The position numbers were made by a program, and so were the translations under genes. A DNA stretch of 64,000 bases from Promethearchaeota archaeon (GTDB taxonomy: Archaea > Asgardarchaeota > Hermodarchaeia > Hermodarchaeales > Hermodarchaeaceae). Under the pieces are notes generated by a model that saw nothing but the letters and a program-made list of their open reading frames with translations, was not told the origin of the DNA and did no database searches. Position 1 is the stretch's first letter. Each line of letters begins with the position of its first letter. The stretch is taken from contig JBHLMI010000011.1 in assembly GCA_048938295.1 (NCBI GenBank), positions 1,337 through 65,336 of the forward strand, given 5' to 3'. This document shows positions 1 to 9,740 of the stretch, one piece after another.

Positions 1-76
1 TCATTCCTGGTCTACCAGTCCAAGTGCGTTAGTTTTGTAACCGCCGATATTACGGCCGTAAATCTCTCATACACTA

Positions 77-247
77 TTCTTCTCTATCCATGTTTTCGTA
101 CTCTTCAGACCACCCGATATCGGTTCTTTTGACACGTTCACCTGAGATTAGCACATATTCACGGTTCTTGCGAGCGCGTGGTCGACGATCCAAATCCCGC
201 ATAACCCGTCCGTCAGTTTGTTCATCATCATTTGTTTCTTCGTTCAT
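77..247 (-). CDS. small hypothetical acidic protein (56 aa), not in ORF track
   Basis: Manual translation of minus strand from ATG at 247 gives MNEETNDDEQTDGRVMRDLDRRPRARKNREYVLISGERVKRTDIGWSEEYENMDREE; no recognisable family. Confidence 0.25.
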
Positions 248-367
248 ATTCTATCAGCTCCTGTATTAGTTATGAATTGAGAGCCAGTCTCAGCGCCCTA
301 TTTGGACTATACCTTATTGTTCAGCAGAGAGTGGGGTGGCTGAGACTGGATTAGGGTGATTGGTAGT

Positions 368-571
368 TTATTCCACCACAACGTTTGTGGCTTTTGGCCC
401 GCGGTCGCCGGCTTCGATTTTAAAGCTGACGTTGTCGCCTTCTCTAAGCAGGTTAGCGCCTTCGACTTCGCTGCCGTGTACGAATACGTCGGTGCCTGTT
501 TTGCGTTCGATGAAGCCGTAATTACGGTCGGGATTAAACCATTTGACTGTGCCTTTTACCATAGTGTTCAC
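368..571 (-). CDS. csp: cold-shock domain protein (CspA family)
   Basis: 67 aa; GTVKWFNPDRNYGFI and VFVHGSEV motifs are the canonical cold-shock domain RNP motifs. Confidence 0.9.
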   Translation of the reverse strand: MNTMVKGTVKWFNPDRNYGFIERKTGTDVFVHGSEVEGANLLREGDNVSFKIEAGDRGPKATNVVVE

Positions 572-845
572 CTCGATTCACTTGAGTTGAGATGGCGTTA
601 TCTCTCAGGGATAGGTGGCTGTGTCACGCAACCGTGCTGTTCCGTTGAATGTAATTCGGGGGAATAGCTGCCTAGCACGATAAGCTAAAGCTCTTTAAAA
701 AACGAAACTAAATCCTATTTGCTAACAACAAGTGGAAAGCCCGAGAGTGCTTATAGGTGTTGCTCTTCCTTGTATGTGACAGAAGTTTGCCCACAATTGG
801 GTACTCCAGGTGGTTTCAGGTGCGTTATATGTTCGCATGAATGAC

Positions 846-905
846 TATCGAAGACGTATTTGTGATTCTTCATTAATGAGCTGAAAGATGTTTGAGTTCA
901 CATCC
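846..905 (+). repeat. copy of conserved intergenic element (box1 ATCGAAGAC ... box2 GCTGAAAGATGTTTGAGTTCACA)
   Basis: Matches family consensus TTCGAAGAC-N(20-25)-AATGATGTGAAAGATAGATTTGTTTCAC; lies in 425-bp IGR upstream of csp. Confidence 0.6.
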
Positions 906-996
906 TTGCTTGCTGAATTGAGTGTTTCAGGATAGTGCTAAGTTCGTAAATCTGTTCATTGTAATGCCTACATGATGACTATGTGGGCCGAGTGGT

Positions 997-1938
997 TTAG
1001 GAGTGAGGGTGGTAGGATAGTGCGATTTGGATTTCTTCGATGTTTGCGTGTTGTTCGGCTAAAAGGGGTGCAGTATATTCGCTGGTTGAGAAGAAAATCT
1101 GTTCTCTGAGTGGGAGATCGGTCCATCCCGCGGCGACGGTTTCCTTGGCGAGTTCTATTAGCAAGCGTTTCCAAGCGGCTCGATAACCGGGTCGGACGGC
1201 GCGGAATCGCATTATGGCTCGTTCTTCCTTGCCTCTCAGAAAAATCCCATCGGGTTTGAATCTGAGGGGCGCGCTGGCGGCCACGATTTGATCTCCTTCG
1301 AACACCATGACTGCGTGCCCGTCTTTGAGGACTCGGTCTTTAAAGTAGCTCTCCCATGCTTCTTGGGTTGGGAAAGCATTGCGGGTATTGGGATCCGACT
1401 GGCAGACTTCAATTAGCCGAGTAATATCTTTACTTGTGGCCACTTGACTACGAAAGGAGCGAATATCTTCGGTTAGTTTCCATTCACTAACCTCCTTCAC
1501 ATCATAGTCTAGGGCATAGAGGAACACTCGCTCTTTCTCGGTGAAGCCGTTCTCTGTGAAAAACCGGATTTGTTCATCAGCTATCTTTGAAGCCAATACT
1601 ACTCCGGTAACGATTTCTTGAATTTTCTTGTTCTCTTTGATGTAGCTAATGAGGTCCTTGAAGATTTTTTCTTGGACATTGGAGGGGCATCCGGGTAAAG
1701 CCCAAGGATAACCCATGCCAATCGTCCAGGGTTGGGAATCAGAGCCACTTGCTGAGATGTAGGCGAGTGGCTCGTCTTTTTCCGTAAACGCAAACCGCAT
1801 CAGTTTTGGATCGCGATTTAGGGCTTGCAATCTGATCTGGTCCGCGGTCACGGGAAGACCTGAAGCCGTGGTGTAAATCTTGGCCCTTACTTCTTCTAGG
1901 TTCTGCTCTGGTTCATAATGACGATAAATGACTTTCAT
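997..1938 (-). CDS. hypothetical protein (possible GNAT-like fold)
   Basis: 313-aa ORF with good coding periodicity; no firm motif; RPGYRAAWKRLL region weakly GNAT-like. Confidence 0.55.
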   Translation of the reverse strand: MKVIYRHYEPEQNLEEVRAKIYTTASGLPVTADQIRLQALNRDPKLMRFAFTEKDEPLAYISASGSDSQPWTIGMGYPWALPGCPSNVQEKIFKDLISYIKENKKIQEIVTGVVLASKIADEQIRFFTENGFTEKERVFLYALDYDVKEVSEWKLTEDIRSFRSQVATSKDITRLIEVCQSDPNTRNAFPTQEAWESYFKDRVLKDGHAVMVFEGDQIVAASAPLRFKPDGIFLRGKEERAIMRFRAVRPGYRAAWKRLLIELAKETVAAGWTDLPLREQIFFSTSEYTAPLLAEQHANIEEIQIALSYHPHS

Positions 1939-2119
1939 GTTCTATCAACCTCCTTACGTGGTGTCTTTATGATATCGATTCTTAGATTATGGACATTATG
2001 TATTGGGAATGGTTAAAACATTCTCAGGTATTGAGAAAATTACATTCTTCAGTTATAAAAACATGATGAAACCGGATGCCAATTATTATCCGAACATCCG
2101 CAAACTCCGATAATATCGT

Positions 2120-2752
2120 CTAAGCTTCCTTTGTTTCTCCCCATCTTTCAAAATGCACCTTCTTTTGTAGTGACACCGGTTTTTGTTTTATAACGTGTTT
2201 ATGTGGGTACCCGATTGGGATTATAGCGGCGATTTCGTAACCCTCGGGAATATTCAACGCTTTTTTGAGATCGACCGTATCGTAGGGTATCTTGGTCACG
2301 CCATACAACCCCTCTGCCGCCATCGCTAACAAAATATTTTCAATACAACACCACACGGAAGCGAAACTATTCAAGTCGAAAAGGGTTTTACAATTCTCGA
2401 GAGATTTTCTCATTCTAAAACAGACGATAAGCACTTCAGGTGCACTCAATAGCATTCTTTTCTGGACGGGCAACGCCTTTAGATACATCTCTTTCTCTAA
2501 CTGATCAGTCATCCCCTCAGTCCATTCGTTAATCTCTTCACCTGAAAAATCGTGTGAACTCGGCTCCAACTCGAGAACTTCTTTCCTTCGTTCAATATTC
2601 TTCAGTAGAATAAATTCCCATTCTCTTTGATGATTATGCGTCGGAGCTTTCAATCCAGCATCTAAGACTCGTAGAAGTTTCTCCTTTTCCACCGGTTTAG
2701 CCTGAAACTCTCGGATACTCCGCCTCTTCTTGAGAACATTATAAAAATCCAT
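2120..2752 (-). CDS. nitroreductase family protein
   Basis: N-terminal KKRRSIREF motif typical of the NAD(P)H-flavin nitroreductase family; 210 aa. Confidence 0.7.
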   Translation of the reverse strand: MDFYNVLKKRRSIREFQAKPVEKEKLLRVLDAGLKAPTHNHQREWEFILLKNIERRKEVLELEPSSHDFSGEEINEWTEGMTDQLEKEMYLKALPVQKRMLLSAPEVLIVCFRMRKSLENCKTLFDLNSFASVWCCIENILLAMAAEGLYGVTKIPYDTVDLKKALNIPEGYEIAAIIPIGYPHKHVIKQKPVSLQKKVHFERWGETKEA

Positions 2753-2919
2753 GTTCCATCACCTTGGAATCCAGATATCTATTAGTAATTTCTGCTGACA
2801 CAGCCCGAATTATCTTGTGAACACTTAAATTTCGTTTTTTACCTTTTGCATAGAGGTAACAACGATCTCAACTGAAAGTAATTCAGATGTTGACAGTCTT
2901 GGTGGAAGATAGATCTGTA

Positions 2920-3264
2920 TTATGGGCTAGAGTCGCTATTCGCTTTTCTGTCAACTCGTACTTCATAGTGTTGTGAGCGGGCATCATAGCGGGAAAGTAA
3001 GGCTCTCGCTTTCGGGGGAACCACGGCAGCTTCATAGTCTTCGCCAGCAAAGGCTCGGATGGCTTCAAGGGTGTCAAACCACATGATGGTGACGAACTCG
3101 ACTTCCTTGTCAACCACCCGACGAAAGAGGTGAATGCCTCGATACCCTGCAATATGGCGGTCTTGAATCCCGTTGAATATTTCCTGTTTGAGAAGAGTTT
3201 CGTATGCGTCAGCATTTTGGGGTGTGGTCCATCCATGCCAGATTCGACTGATCATATTAATCAT
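2920..3264 (-). CDS. ABM-domain (antibiotic biosynthesis monooxygenase-like) small protein
   Basis: 114 aa; W..FDTLEAIRAFAGEDYEAA resembles ABM/ActVA-Orf6 ferredoxin-like barrel; preferred over overlapping frame 2883..3236. Confidence 0.55.
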   Translation of the reverse strand: MINMISRIWHGWTTPQNADAYETLLKQEIFNGIQDRHIAGYRGIHLFRRVVDKEVEFVTIMWFDTLEAIRAFAGEDYEAAVVPPKARALLSRYDARSQHYEVRVDRKANSDSSP

Positions 3265-3829
3265 TTCCCTGTTTGGGTAGGCTATCCTAGATTTTCACAT
3301 TTGTGGGTGCTTATTGGGCTCTGATTGAACTTTAGGGTTAGAGTAGGTGAGTCTTCTCATTCATTATGTGTCATTCTGCTATGCGTCGAGACTATTTAGT
3401 ATTCTCAAAGAATTAATTTCAAGGTTATAGAAATTTAGGCTAAGGGCATCACAAGATTACCCAGTATAACTCCCGCGCTCATTGCCTCCGTTGCTACAAG
3501 GCGATGAACATTATATGATCCATTTGAACCACAAGTTATTAGGAATTTAGGAGATTGTAGATAGTGCTTCTCTTTTTGAAGTAGATTCACTTCTTCTAAC
3601 TCATCACGATATAATTAGCGTTTTCTCCTCAGATTTTCAAAGTCTTTTATCAGCCTATCTACGACGTTATGAGATTCTGATAACATCTCTTCAACTAGGG
3701 CTTCTGGTAATTCAACAAATGGCTTTTCTTCCTTATTCATCAATCTCAAATTCTATAATCACGACTTCAATGAGTATCAGTCAGTGTGAAGAATCCAATT
3801 TCAATTGCGAGAAGAGGGAGGTATTGAGA

Positions 3830-5152
3830 TTATAACGCGAGATAATGGACCAGTTGTTTTGTCATATTGAGTAGGTCATCGATTCGGACCCATTCGTCGG
3901 GTTGGTGGGCTGAAATATTATCTAATGTTATTGCTCCAACGCCGATGAATTTGTCTGTGTTTAGTGCGTGAGCGACAAAGCCCATGTCTGTGGAGCCAGA
4001 TGCACCACCATAAACAAAGTCACTGTCTTGGTAGCCGTGAACGGCTTTCAGGGCGGCTCGCATTTTTTGTGAATATTGATTTTCGGTATCGGCTTTAAAG
4101 GGGTAGTTGGCGTGGGTAAATGTAACTTCAACATCCAAGGCTTTACTGTTGGCTTGTCCTCGTTCAATGGCAGCACGAATCTCTTCAACGATATCCTCAT
4201 AGTTTTCTTCTGGTATGTACCGACGATTGATGAGTAATTCACATTCTGAGGGGACAATATTGGCTTTGTTGCCTCCACTTATAATGTCAAGATTAAACAT
4301 AGGTGTCATCTGATCTGAGGGGGCTCCCAAGCTTCGAAGCGCCGGAATGAGAGGAACCTTGGATTCTCGTTTTTCTACTTCTTTTTTAAGTTTGAGCAAC
4401 TCGACGAGGATGGGAACCATCTCTTCTACTGCGTTAATTCCTAGAAAGTTCATCCCAGAATGGCAACTTCGTCCTTTGGTGCGAATGGTAATATCGACCA
4501 TCCCCGCTACACCACCCATGATAATTGGGAGCTGGGTGCCGAGTTCGGTATTGAGAATGTGTCCTTTCACGTACCCTTCTTTTGCTAAGTGATAAATGCC
4601 CGGGTAAACGCCAATTTCTTCATCGGTGCAAAGTGTGCAGATGAGATTGAAGTGGGGTGTAAGGTTGAGTTCATTCATGACCTCGAAGGCCACAAGCATA
4701 CCCGCGATTCCCGATTTCATATCACAGGCGCCCCGGCCATACAGCTTGCCATTTTCAACAATACCTGCAAAGGGATCCTTCGTCCAAGGCTCTTCAATGG
4801 GTACGACATCCATGTGGGCATAGATGGTGACCGCTTCTTTTTTGTCATGTTCGCGAGTGGCAACAAGATTGATACGAGGACCTTCAAGAGGATAGGGGAT
4901 TGCTTTGATATGTTCGTCCGGTACAATTACTCGTTCAGTAGTAAAGCCGAGGTTCTTGAAAAGTGGCTCCAAGAAATCGACCAAGTCTGCATAATTGTTA
5001 CCTGGGGGGACAACCGTGGGAATCTTAATGCACTCTCGTAAGAGGTCGATGATCCGCTCACGTTTTTGCTCAACCGCCCTAAACACCTGTTCCACAGAGG
5101 GTTGTTTAGTGCCCATGATAACAATCACCTTTGGCTGAAAGAGGTTCATCAA
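3830..5152 (-). CDS. M20 family metallopeptidase (ArgE/DapE/CPG2-like)
   Basis: AHMDVVP (HxD), GRGACDMKSG, TDEEIG metal-ligand motifs of peptidase M20. Confidence 0.85.
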   Translation of the reverse strand: MMNLFQPKVIVIMGTKQPSVEQVFRAVEQKRERIIDLLRECIKIPTVVPPGNNYADLVDFLEPLFKNLGFTTERVIVPDEHIKAIPYPLEGPRINLVATREHDKKEAVTIYAHMDVVPIEEPWTKDPFAGIVENGKLYGRGACDMKSGIAGMLVAFEVMNELNLTPHFNLICTLCTDEEIGVYPGIYHLAKEGYVKGHILNTELGTQLPIIMGGVAGMVDITIRTKGRSCHSGMNFLGINAVEEMVPILVELLKLKKEVEKRESKVPLIPALRSLGAPSDQMTPMFNLDIISGGNKANIVPSECELLINRRYIPEENYEDIVEEIRAAIERGQANSKALDVEVTFTHANYPFKADTENQYSQKMRAALKAVHGYQDSDFVYGGASGSTDMGFVAHALNTDKFIGVGAITLDNISAHQPDEWVRIDDLLNMTKQLVHYLAL

Positions 5153-5241
5153 GCCTTATAAGCTGACCTCCTCAAGGAAGAATAGAATATTCCTCCTCTG
5201 ACCCCACCAAAATGATCTGAATCTTCTCGGGGCTTTAGATA

Positions 5242-5256
5242 TATATAGAGCCTCTA
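5242..5256 (+). promoter_or_regulatory. TATA-like box plus inverted repeat TAGAG-c-CTCTA upstream of MFS gene
   Basis: tatatagagcctcta; near-identical motif recurs at 6693-6708 upstream of the P2-ATPase gene. Confidence 0.4.
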
Positions 5257-5346
5257 ATCATAGCTGCAATGAATCTGGTTCGATGGGCTGTGGTCTGTCT
5301 TTTTAAGATTCACAACTTGTCATAGCGGTTAGTGGAGTGTGTTGTG

Positions 5347-6579
5347 ATGGGTGAGTATAGTGATGAATCATGGCGTAATTGGTGGTTAGCACCTTTTGGA
5401 ATTTTTTACTTTGGACAGGGATATGCGCTGTCAGCCCTTGGCCTCTTTTTGCCCATATACCTAGTTACGGTGCTAGGTGTTCCCTTTGCGATTACTGGCT
5501 TAGCCTTAGCAGTGATTGGTATTCCGTGGATGCTTAAAATCATCTTTGGGGCCATCAGCGACTCGGTGGCGTGGGGTCGGTTTGGTCGTCGTCGTCCCTA
5601 TATCATTTTAATGGCGTTACTGGCGGCAATCGGATGGGCACTAATCCCTTTCTTTCCAGAATTTAATTTGTTATTTGTCGCTATACTCTTCTTGGTTGCC
5701 CTAGCAACAGCGTTTGCTGATACCACGATTGATGGGTTTGCTGTGGATATTACGCCTTCTGATCGGCGAGGAACCTTACAGGGTATGATGTGGGGGGGAA
5801 GAGCAGCTGGATCCATTTTAGGCGCTTTAGTGACCGGCATTATCGCGCAAGCTATTGGATGGCCAATCGTCTTCTTCCTTGGAGCGATAATTCTATTAGT
5901 GATGACGGGAGTCTGCGCCCTTCTTAAGGAACCTGCAAAACCATCCGGGCATATGATGTGGAGTGCACTCAAGACTGGATTTTCGTCCAAGGGTGTATGG
6001 CTTTCGCTATTATTTACGCCGATTTTGACCATGAGTTTTGTATTTTATTTCCAATGGGGAGGGTTATTCATCGGAGAAACTGTGGCTTTAAGCTTGACAG
6101 AGATTGGTCTTGTTCTCGCCCTCATGAACACAGGAGCCGCCATTACAGGATTCCTTGGAGGACCTCTTGCAGATAAGATTGGACTCCGACGAGCCGTGGC
6201 TGGACTGGTGCTGGTACAAATTATTGGGTTGGCAGCGCTACTGTTCGTTCAACCGGGGAATCTCTATCTCGCGATTGTGATTATGTTTATTCATGGTCTG
6301 TGTTGGGGTCTGGCAAATATTGCTTGGCTTTCCCTTGCCATGGCTTCATGCCCCCGAGAAGTGGGAGGCACTTTCTTCTCAATTTATGCCATGATCTTTA
6401 ACATAGGAACCATGCTTGCGGTGATTCTCAGCATTTTCATTAAACCTACCCTTGGATGGTCTGGTTTTATCCTGACCCTCATCGTCATCGTCATAATTAG
6501 CGAATTTGTTGGAATTTTAGCCGCTTCACAAGTCAAACAAGTGACCGCTATGAAAACACCACCTCCCGAAACGAGTTAG
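5347..6579 (+). CDS. MFS transporter
   Basis: 12 predicted TM segments, GRFGRRRP loop motif typical of the major facilitator superfamily; ATG at 5347 preceded by ggagtg is a likelier start than GTG at 5332. Confidence 0.8.
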   Translation: MGEYSDESWRNWWLAPFGIFYFGQGYALSALGLFLPIYLVTVLGVPFAITGLALAVIGIPWMLKIIFGAISDSVAWGRFGRRRPYIILMALLAAIGWALIPFFPEFNLLFVAILFLVALATAFADTTIDGFAVDITPSDRRGTLQGMMWGGRAAGSILGALVTGIIAQAIGWPIVFFLGAIILLVMTGVCALLKEPAKPSGHMMWSALKTGFSSKGVWLSLLFTPILTMSFVFYFQWGGLFIGETVALSLTEIGLVLALMNTGAAITGFLGGPLADKIGLRRAVAGLVLVQIIGLAALLFVQPGNLYLAIVIMFIHGLCWGLANIAWLSLAMASCPREVGGTFFSIYAMIFNIGTMLAVILSIFIKPTLGWSGFILTLIVIVIISEFVGILAASQVKQVTAMKTPPPETS

Positions 6580-6692
6580 ATACACCCAATCATTATCTAT
6601 CAGGTTCAGGCAACAATATGCACACGATGCAGTGCGCGTCAACTACCACCGACTGAAGTCGCTGGTTTCCTTGACCAGGCTTCTATGATGCA

Positions 6693-6708
6693 TATATAGG
6701 AGCCTCTA
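6693..6708 (+). promoter_or_regulatory. TATA-like box plus GAGCCTCTA motif about 30 bp upstream of ATPase start
   Basis: tatataggagcctcta; shared with 5242-5256. Confidence 0.4.
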
Positions 6709-6735
6709 GCATAAACCCTCGGACCGGTGATAGGC

Positions 6736-9525
6736 ATGAGCAGAGAATCTCCACCAGAAGGGCTCCTCGACTATTCAGAATGTCTAGCGAGCCTCGGCAC
6801 AGACCCTGAAGGGCTGAAACCAGAAGAGGCTAAAAAGAAGCTCTTGGAACACGGACGTAACGAACTCACAATGAAGGAGAGGCAGAGCCCCGTTTCGCTC
6901 TTCCTCCGTCAGTTCAAATCGCCTCTGGTGTATGTTCTCATTTTTGCCGCCGTTGTCTCTATTCTAGTAGACCATGCAGTAGACGCAGTGGTCATCGCCA
7001 TCATTCTCTTGATCAATGCGACTATAGGCTTCGTCCAGGAGTGGAAGGCAGAAAGAACCATCGAGTCCATCAAACAGCTCATAGAACAGCGGTCCATCGT
7101 CATTCGCGGTGGAGAGGAGACCGAGATCCCGTCCGCAGAGCTGGTGCCTGGGGACCTGCTCCTTCTCAGAGCTGGCGAGAAGGTCCCAGCAGACGGAAGG
7201 GTGTTATTCGAGAGCAACCTGCATGTCGATGAGAGTCTCCTCACTGGCGAGAGCGTACCAATCAAGAAAGATGTGTTCTGCGCGGTTGAGAACCCACACT
7301 ACTATGAGGAGTCCAACAAGGTCTTCGCTGGCTCGTATGTTACAGAAGGACGCGCCCGTATTCTAGTGCTGGCTACTGGTGATAACACCACTTTAGGTGA
7401 AATCAACAAGGAGCTCTCGGGCGTCGCTAAGAAAGAAACAACCATCATGATTCGAGTAAAGCGACTGAGCATCTTCTTTCTTGCTGCTGCAATGCTCTTC
7501 TTGGTGCTCACAGTAATTTTGGGGCTCTACCGGAGCATACCCGTTGTGGAGCTCTTACTGTTCTCACTATCTGCACTTGTATCTGCAATTCCTGAGGGAC
7601 TCATCGCTATTGTCACCATAGTGCTCTCTGTTGGAGTCTACAAGCTTTCACAGAAGAATGTCATTGTGAGAAACTTGGGTGTCGTAGAAACGCTAGGCCT
7701 AGTCAATGTCATTTGCTCCGACAAGACCGGAACTCTTACGAAGAACCAAATGATGACCCGCAGGATATTCACTCCGAACCATATGTTCGAGATAAGTGGC
7801 GTAGGATTTGATGTCGAAAGCGGAGGGGTCTTCCTTGCAGGCTGTGGCCCAGCAGAATGCCTTCGTTCGCCAGACCTCGATATGAGCCAAGGGTCCTCAG
7901 AAGAGCGCATCGAGGGGGATGGGCTCAAGGAGTACCCCGATCTTGAAAGGCTTCTGACGATGATGGCTCTCTGTAATGACTCAGAAGTCTATTCGGAGTG
8001 CCTCACAGCAGACGACCCAACGAGAATCTGCACCGGAGCCGATCAGGCATGGAGGATACGCGGGTCACCTACTGAGGCTGCTCTGCTGGTGGCGTTGGAG
8101 AAGGTCGGTCTTCACAAGTATGTGCTCGATGAGGCCTGGCCACGTATTTCTGAGATTCCCTTCAACAGCGAGAGGAAGTTCATGGCTACGCTTCATCAGC
8201 CCAGCAAGCTCCTGGGTGCAGAAGGAGAGGAAAATCTGGTCATAGTAAAGGGAGCCCCAGAGGTCATAGAGCAGTTACTTGTGGCCCAATCAAACACAGA
8301 GGAGATCGTAACGGAGTTCGCTTCACAAGGACTCAGAATGCTCGCATGCGCGGTCAGGACTGTATCCCCTGATAAGACCCAGATAGCCCAGGAGGATCTC
8401 AGAGACATGGCATTCGTTGGACTCTGTGGAATCAACGACCCACCAAGGGAAGCCGTCCGTGACTACATCGAGAAGGCAAACAGTGCAGGCATTGCTGTCA
8501 TCATGATAACTGGTGACAATGCCTTTACAGCCAAGGCAATTGGGCAGGAAGTGGGCATCTTTGTTGAGGAGAGAGGAGACCTGATACTTACTGGTGATGA
8601 GATAGATGCTATGGATGACCAGCAGCTTCAAGATGCACTGACTCATGGTGCAACAGTCCTCTCCAGAACGAGCCCAATCCACAAGCTCAGAGTTGTAAAA
8701 GCACTGCAGAGCCTCGACAAGCTCGTCAGCATGACGGGCGATGGCGTGAATGACAGCCCAGCTCTAAGACAGGCTAACGTTGGCATAGCTATGGGCGTCA
8801 CAGGGACTGACATCGCCAAGGAAGCCTCTGATATCGTGCTGCAGGACGAGCGCTTTGAGGCTGTAGTCGACGGCATTGAAGAGGGTAGAAACATCCTGGC
8901 TTCGCTCCGGCGTGTTGTTCTCTTTCTGACATCGACGAATCTGGCCGAGAGCTTCACTATCCTTGCAGTGCTCTTGCTTTTCGTGAATCCTGTTCTTCTG
9001 CTTCCGATTCAAATCCTTTGGGTCAATCTCGTTACTGATGGCATGCTAGACATTGCGCTCTCTCTCGAGCCAAAGGAGAAGGGTCTCTTGGATGAAGGGC
9101 CAGGCTCCCTGAAGGATCGGATCCTCTCTTGGGAAACCCTCAGCAGAGCGCTCTTCTATGGTGGCATCATGGCATCCTTAGTTGTCATCATCTACTACCA
9201 GAATCTTGGTCTGCCAGAGGACAAGATCAGGACAATGATGTTCGTTACTCTTATCGTGGTCCAGTGGTTCAGCGTCCAGAATTGCAGATCCCCCACCAAG
9301 TCAATTCGAGAGATGGGAATCCTTCGGAATCGATACATACTCGTCGTCTATCTCATCAACATCATACTAGTCGGAATCCTCTTTGTGGTCCCAGCGCTAA
9401 CAGCAGTCTTCAAAATTGTGCCGCTTTCTTGGTATGAATGGATTGAAGTGGTCCTGTTCGGATCCTTGGTTATCATCCTTGAAGAAGCAAGGAAGCTCGT
9501 AGCAAAGAGACTGCGCAATGACTAG
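6736..9525 (+). CDS. P2-type cation-transporting P-type ATPase (SERCA/PMCA-like)
   Basis: CSDKTGTLT phosphorylation motif, MITGDN, GDGVNDSPAL, 10 TM topology; ATG at 6736 after ggtga (track start GTG 6727). GC content and codon usage clearly differ from neighbours. Confidence 0.9.
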   Translation: MSRESPPEGLLDYSECLASLGTDPEGLKPEEAKKKLLEHGRNELTMKERQSPVSLFLRQFKSPLVYVLIFAAVVSILVDHAVDAVVIAIILLINATIGFVQEWKAERTIESIKQLIEQRSIVIRGGEETEIPSAELVPGDLLLLRAGEKVPADGRVLFESNLHVDESLLTGESVPIKKDVFCAVENPHYYEESNKVFAGSYVTEGRARILVLATGDNTTLGEINKELSGVAKKETTIMIRVKRLSIFFLAAAMLFLVLTVILGLYRSIPVVELLLFSLSALVSAIPEGLIAIVTIVLSVGVYKLSQKNVIVRNLGVVETLGLVNVICSDKTGTLTKNQMMTRRIFTPNHMFEISGVGFDVESGGVFLAGCGPAECLRSPDLDMSQGSSEERIEGDGLKEYPDLERLLTMMALCNDSEVYSECLTADDPTRICTGADQAWRIRGSPTEAALLVALEKVGLHKYVLDEAWPRISEIPFNSERKFMATLHQPSKLLGAEGEENLVIVKGAPEVIEQLLVAQSNTEEIVTEFASQGLRMLACAVRTVSPDKTQIAQEDLRDMAFVGLCGINDPPREAVRDYIEKANSAGIAVIMITGDNAFTAKAIGQEVGIFVEERGDLILTGDEIDAMDDQQLQDALTHGATVLSRTSPIHKLRVVKALQSLDKLVSMTGDGVNDSPALRQANVGIAMGVTGTDIAKEASDIVLQDERFEAVVDGIEEGRNILASLRRVVLFLTSTNLAESFTILAVLLLFVNPVLLLPIQILWVNLVTDGMLDIALSLEPKEKGLLDEGPGSLKDRILSWETLSRALFYGGIMASLVVIIYYQNLGLPEDKIRTMMFVTLIVVQWFSVQNCRSPTKSIREMGILRNRYILVVYLINIILVGILFVVPALTAVFKIVPLSWYEWIEVVLFGSLVIILEEARKLVAKRLRND

Positions 9526-9740
9526 AGCGGAGTCTTTCGGTAAGCGTCAGGAACCCGTATTTCAGTGTCGCCAGCAAACACATCCCTAAGCAGCTAAATG
9601 TACTCGTCAATGTCCTTTAGGCGCTTGTCCCTCGCGTTGGGTTTGATGTTCGACTCAACGACTCAGAGAGATTTCGATTTGTCTCAAGATAACAAAGGTT
9701 TAATTGCATTCGAATTCGAAGGCTGGTAGAGGTACCTGTA

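Noticed and set aside
356-667. 103-aa ORF on + strand
   Set aside because: Antisense to the strongly supported cold-shock gene 368..571; no motifs; typical shadow ORF.
2883-3236. 117-aa alternative frame overlapping the ABM-domain gene
   Set aside because: Frame 2920..3264 gives a recognisable ABM-like domain; this frame does not.
3613-3738. 41-aa ORF (MNKEEKPFVELPEALVEEMLSESHNVVDRLIKDFENLRRKR) on minus strand in a 565-bp IGR
   Set aside because: Too short to support without conservation or expression data; noted only as a possibility.
6909-9437. Many 60-120-aa ORFs in both strands inside 6727..9525
   Set aside because: Artefacts of the elevated GC content of the P2-ATPase gene; they all overlap a gene with unambiguous P-type ATPase motifs.
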